Shown here: in pieces, positions 49,239 to 52,850 of the stretch | Position numbering within the stretch: the stretch's first letter is position 1 | How the letters are laid out: the number at the start of each line of letters is the position of its first letter | NCBI GenBank assembly: GCA_046598045.1 | Contig: JBKJJJ010000012.1 | Span: forward strand, 1-52,850 | Direction: 5' to 3' | DNA length: 52,850 nt | Source: Candidatus Eiseniibacteriota bacterium | GTDB lineage: Bacteria > Eisenbacteria > RBG-16-71-46 > DASYSL01 | Notes under the pieces: model-generated | What the model was told of the DNA's origin: nothing | Databases searched by the model: none | Seen by the model: the letters and a program-made list of their open reading frames with translations, nothing else | Position numbers and translations under genes: made by a program

Positions 49239-52178
49239 ATGAACCGACTCCTCCGACGCGCCGCCACCGCGGCGCTCGCGCTCGCCGTCGCGGCCGGATG
49301 CGCGATTTCACCGGCCCACGCCTCGATCCCGGAGCGGACCGACGCCGTGCCGGCGCCCGCCATCGATCCCGGATTCCCGATCGTGACCGGCGGCGCCGGG
49401 TTTTACCTGCCGCCCCAGTTCGTCGACCTCGACCTCGACGGCAAGACCGACATCGTCGCGGTCGACAACCTCGGCCGCATCTATGCCGTGGGCTCGGGCG
49501 GCATCGCGCTCGGCGGGTGGCCCCGCTTCCTCGGCGAGCCCCTGAGCGGCGCTCCCGCGGTGGGCGACCTCGACCAGGATGGCGTCCTCGACCTCGTCGC
49601 CGTGACGCAAAGCGGGAAGGTGCGCGCGTTTAGGAGTAACGGAACGAATCTGTTCCCACCCAAGCAGCTCCCTGGAACTCCGATCGGGGCCCCCGTGCTC
49701 GCCGAACTCGACGGCAGCGGACGGCAGGCGGTCATCGTCGCCACCACCGACGGCAAGCTCCATGCGGTCGACTCCAGCGGGCAGTTCGTGGCGGGATGGC
49801 CCGTGACCGGGCCGGGTCCGGCGATCGGCGGCGCCTTCACGTTCATCGCGGGCGACAACTTTCCTCGGGTCGGCTACCTCGCCTCGCCAGGCGGGGCGGC
49901 AATCTTCTTCACCTACGCCGCGATCGACAATCCGTACTCCTACGATCCCCTGGTTCCCCTTGGCCCGGCCATGCCGGTCTCGGGCGCGCACCTGGAACCG
50001 TCGCCGCTCTCGGACATCGACCAGCTCTACCTGGCGGCCCGCGGCGGACAGCTCTACCGGTTCGACACCGACGTCATCAGCCAGGGCGGCGATCCCGTCG
50101 CACTCTCCCCGATTCTCGGCGACAGCATCGTGGACACGCCGGGGTTGGTCGACCTCACGGGCGACCTGATCCCCGAGCTCGCGCTGCGGAGCCTGCGCGG
50201 CGACACGCTCAGCATCACGGTCGTCGACGGGCTGGTGGGCACGCCGCTGGTCGGGTTCCCGCGGCGCTACATCAATTCGTCGCCCGGTGGCGCGATCGTC
50301 GCCGCGGACCTGGGCGATGGGGCGACGCCCGAGCTCGTGTTCAACCAGGGCGGCGACCGCGTGACCTGCATTTCGAGCAACGGCACGCTGCAGTGGACGC
50401 TCACGGGGCTGCCCGCCGTGGCGGGTCCCGCGATCGGCGACCTGCAGGGCGACGGGGCGCTCGACCTCGCGGTGGTCACGACCGATGGCCGCATCGTGGC
50501 CTACACGCTCGGCAACGCGGGCATCGGGCCGCGCGGAGTCGAATGGCCGAACTCCGACGGGCTCGCCGACCATGCACGCCGCCACCATGTGCGCGACCGC
50601 GCGGCGCTGCGCGCGCAGTGGCCGGCCCCGCTCACGCCCCCGTCCGCGTTCACGAAGCGCGCGGCGTTCGGCGATCTCAATGGCGACGGCTTGCCCGAGG
50701 CGGTGTGGAGCGACTACGCCACGGGCCGGACGTTCGCCTGGAACCAGGCCGCTGGCGTGGCTCCCGGCTGGCCGCAGGATTACGTGCTCGGCGCGAACAC
50801 CGACGCGCCGGCGATCGGGGACGTCACGGGGGACGGCATCTTCGAGACCGTCCAGTCCACGTCGAACGGGTTGCTGGTGTGGGGCGACAAGACCGGCGTC
50901 ACTGCGTCGCTCCTGGTCGACAGCGGAAAGATCCTCACGCCGCCGGCGCTCGCCGACATCAACGGCGACGGCACGCTCGACGCGGTCGTCGGCTCGAACT
51001 CGGGGCGGCTCTATGCCGTCAACCTGATCACCAGGACCGTGATCCCCGGGTTCCCGGTCACGACCGCCGGCGCGATCCTGCTGCCGCCCGCGCTGGGCGA
51101 CGTCAACGGCGACGGACAGACCGACATCGTGGTGGTCGCGAGCCAGCGTTACATCTACGCCTACGGCCGCACCGGTGTCGCGCCGCTCGCCGGCTGGCCG
51201 CGGCTATTCCCCTCGGGCAGCTCGCTCACGCAGCCGATCCTCGTGCCGGTTGCCGGCAACACGGGCCTCGCGGTCGCGTTCGGGCAGGCGCGCGCCGACT
51301 CGGTGGTGGTGAACCTCGTGGGCGCAAACAGCATGAACCGGCCCGGCTGGCCGCGCGTGCTGGTCGGCACGGTGATCTACGGCCCGGTGGCCGGCGATTT
51401 CAACAACGACGGCGCCCCCGACTTCGCCTACTCGACCGGCAACCTGATCGCCTCCAACCCGGGGGCGGATTCGATCTACGTCTTTGTGGCGAACGGCAAT
51501 CGCGCGCTGACGAAGTACTACCCCTCGCCGGGCAACGTCGAGGTCGCTGGCATCGTGGACGTCGATCTCGACCAGCGCCCCGACGTGATCGCGGTCTCCG
51601 ACCTGTCGACCGTCGTGGCGGTGCGCTTCAACGGGCTGATCTCGCGCGCATTCGACCGGCTGCTGTTCTTCTTCGAGACCGGGCAGCCGCCGTCGTTCGG
51701 CGACATGGGCAACGACGGCACCATGGAGATGGCGCTCTCCGACCTCGGGCTGCCGATCCTGTACACGTTCGGCTTCGGCTCGTGGAACCCGGCCTACGCG
51801 CCGTGGCCCATGAAGGGACACGACAGCAAGCGCACGAACGCGTTCTCGGGGCTGACCGTGGTCGGCGTGGGCGATCCCGGCCCCGGCCCGGGCGTGGTCG
51901 CCGGCTGGGCGCGCGCGCTGCCGAACCCGGCGTCGGGCCGCGTGGCGCTTTCGCACTCGCGTCCGCTGGTGGGCCGCTTCGAGGCCGCGATCTTCGACCT
52001 GCGCGGGCGTCTCGTGCGCCGCATCGCCGCGGGCGAGGCGCGGCCGTCCGATGGAGCGCCGACGTGGACGTGGGACGGCGCGGATGAGTCGGGCCGGAGC
52101 GCGGCGGCGGGCGTGTACTTCTACCGCGTGGTCGACACGCGCGGGGCGATGGCGACGCGGGTGGTGCGGCTGCGGTGA
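49239..52178 (+). CDS. Secreted FG-GAP/VCBS-repeat double beta-propeller with C-terminal FlgD-Ig-like domain
   Basis: Signal peptide; repeated PAxGDxxGDG and GWP motifs; PNP...IFDLRGRLVR...WDGADESGR..AAGVYFYR tail. Confidence 0.9.
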   Translation: MNRLLRRAATAALALAVAAGCAISPAHASIPERTDAVPAPAIDPGFPIVTGGAGFYLPPQFVDLDLDGKTDIVAVDNLGRIYAVGSGGIALGGWPRFLGEPLSGAPAVGDLDQDGVLDLVAVTQSGKVRAFRSNGTNLFPPKQLPGTPIGAPVLAELDGSGRQAVIVATTDGKLHAVDSSGQFVAGWPVTGPGPAIGGAFTFIAGDNFPRVGYLASPGGAAIFFTYAAIDNPYSYDPLVPLGPAMPVSGAHLEPSPLSDIDQLYLAARGGQLYRFDTDVISQGGDPVALSPILGDSIVDTPGLVDLTGDLIPELALRSLRGDTLSITVVDGLVGTPLVGFPRRYINSSPGGAIVAADLGDGATPELVFNQGGDRVTCISSNGTLQWTLTGLPAVAGPAIGDLQGDGALDLAVVTTDGRIVAYTLGNAGIGPRGVEWPNSDGLADHARRHHVRDRAALRAQWPAPLTPPSAFTKRAAFGDLNGDGLPEAVWSDYATGRTFAWNQAAGVAPGWPQDYVLGANTDAPAIGDVTGDGIFETVQSTSNGLLVWGDKTGVTASLLVDSGKILTPPALADINGDGTLDAVVGSNSGRLYAVNLITRTVIPGFPVTTAGAILLPPALGDVNGDGQTDIVVVASQRYIYAYGRTGVAPLAGWPRLFPSGSSLTQPILVPVAGNTGLAVAFGQARADSVVVNLVGANSMNRPGWPRVLVGTVIYGPVAGDFNNDGAPDFAYSTGNLIASNPGADSIYVFVANGNRALTKYYPSPGNVEVAGIVDVDLDQRPDVIAVSDLSTVVAVRFNGLISRAFDRLLFFFETGQPPSFGDMGNDGTMEMALSDLGLPILYTFGFGSWNPAYAPWPMKGHDSKRTNAFSGLTVVGVGDPGPGPGVVAGWARALPNPASGRVALSHSRPLVGRFEAAIFDLRGRLVRRIAAGEARPSDGAPTWTWDGADESGRSAAAGVYFYRVVDTRGAMATRVVRLR

Positions 52179-52216
52179 CATCTGGGCAGCGTGGTCCAGT
52201 CACGGGGTGTCCCACT

Positions 52217-52234
52217 GTACGGGGCGCCCCGTAC
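52217..52234 (+). terminator. Perfect 18-bp palindrome after the FG-GAP gene, possible terminator
   Basis: GTACGGGGCGCCCCGTAC followed by TGCTTT. Confidence 0.4.
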
Positions 52235-52299
52235 TGCTTTACGGGTCGATGCGGTGCCCCTAGAATGGCCCCGCTCTTCCCACGGACAGGAGGCCACCG

Positions 52300-52850
52300 A
52301 TGACCCGCCACCGTTCCATGCTCGCCGCGCTCGTGATCGTCGCGACCGTCGCCCCACGGGCCGCGCTCGCCCATCATGTCGCCGCGCAGGCCCACGACGT
52401 GCCGCACTCGGGCGGCGCCGCTGCCGCGCGGCTGCCGCTCTACACCGACCTCGGTTCGTATCACCACGCGATCCGCACGCGCTCGCCCATGGCGCAGAAG
52501 TACTTCGACCAGGGCCTGCGCATGCTCTACGCGTTCAATCACGACGAGGCGATCGCCGCGTTCGAGGAGGCGGGGCGGCGCGACCCGCGGTGCGCGATGG
52601 CGCCGTGGGGCGTGGCGCTCGCCTATGGGCCGAACATCAACCTGCCGATCGACCCCGATCGCGAGCAGGCGGCGTACGCCGCGATCGCCCGCGCCCAGCG
52701 GCTGGCTTCGCGCGCCACGCCGATCGAACGCGAGCTGATCGCCGCGCTGGCAAAGCGCTACTCGGCGCGGGGCGACGGCGACAGGAAGCAGCTCGACCTC
52801 GCCTACGCCGACGCGATGCGCGCGGTCGCGCAGCGGCACCCGGGCGACGA
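52300..52850 (+). CDS. Secreted TPR-like protein, 5' part (runs off window)
   Basis: RBS AGGAGG, TAGAAT upstream; signal peptide then LGSYHH.I.T.S..AQKYFDQGL...YAFNHDEA...DP.CAMA.WG.ALAYGPNIN. Confidence 0.85.
   Translation, partial: MTRHRSMLAALVIVATVAPRAALAHHVAAQAHDVPHSGGAAAARLPLYTDLGSYHHAIRTRSPMAQKYFDQGLRMLYAFNHDEAIAAFEEAGRRDPRCAMAPWGVALAYGPNINLPIDPDREQAAYAAIARAQRLASRATPIERELIAALAKRYSARGDGDRKQLDLAYADAMRAVAQRHPGD

Overview
High-GC bacterial chromosomal window. The Hanks kinase-TPR protein, the FG-GAP/FlgD-Ig protein and the C-terminal 'TSWGxVKAxYR' tails suggest a Ca. Eisenbacteria/Krumholzibacteria-like FCB-associated lineage (inference only). Main contents: a Zn-dehydrogenase tail, a SLOG/LOG-fold protein, a Ser/Thr kinase-TPR, an 889-aa pure coiled-coil protein with a sigma54-like promoter, a 7-gene lipid-linked amino-sugar glycosylation locus, a cupredoxin lipoprotein, a cold-shock protein, a 2874-aa cyclic beta-1,2-glucan synthase, a non-heme haloperoxidase-like hydrolase and a tandem array of secreted NHL beta-propellers (one split by a complete IS630, one intact, one remnant). 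After these come a TonB-receptor/ECF sigma/anti-sigma module with two copies of a readable promoter (TGTCACA-N16-GGYTCC), an RND pump, a TetA-like MFS, an aldo/keto reductase, RlpA, an M28 peptidase and an FG-GAP/FlgD-Ig protein. The best candidate for an undescribed system is a short C-terminal motif (TPAxxTSWG[KR]V[KR]AxY[H]R) that ends unrelated signal-peptide-bearing proteins and behaves like a protein-sorting or anchoring signal. No rRNA, tRNA or CRISPR array was seen.
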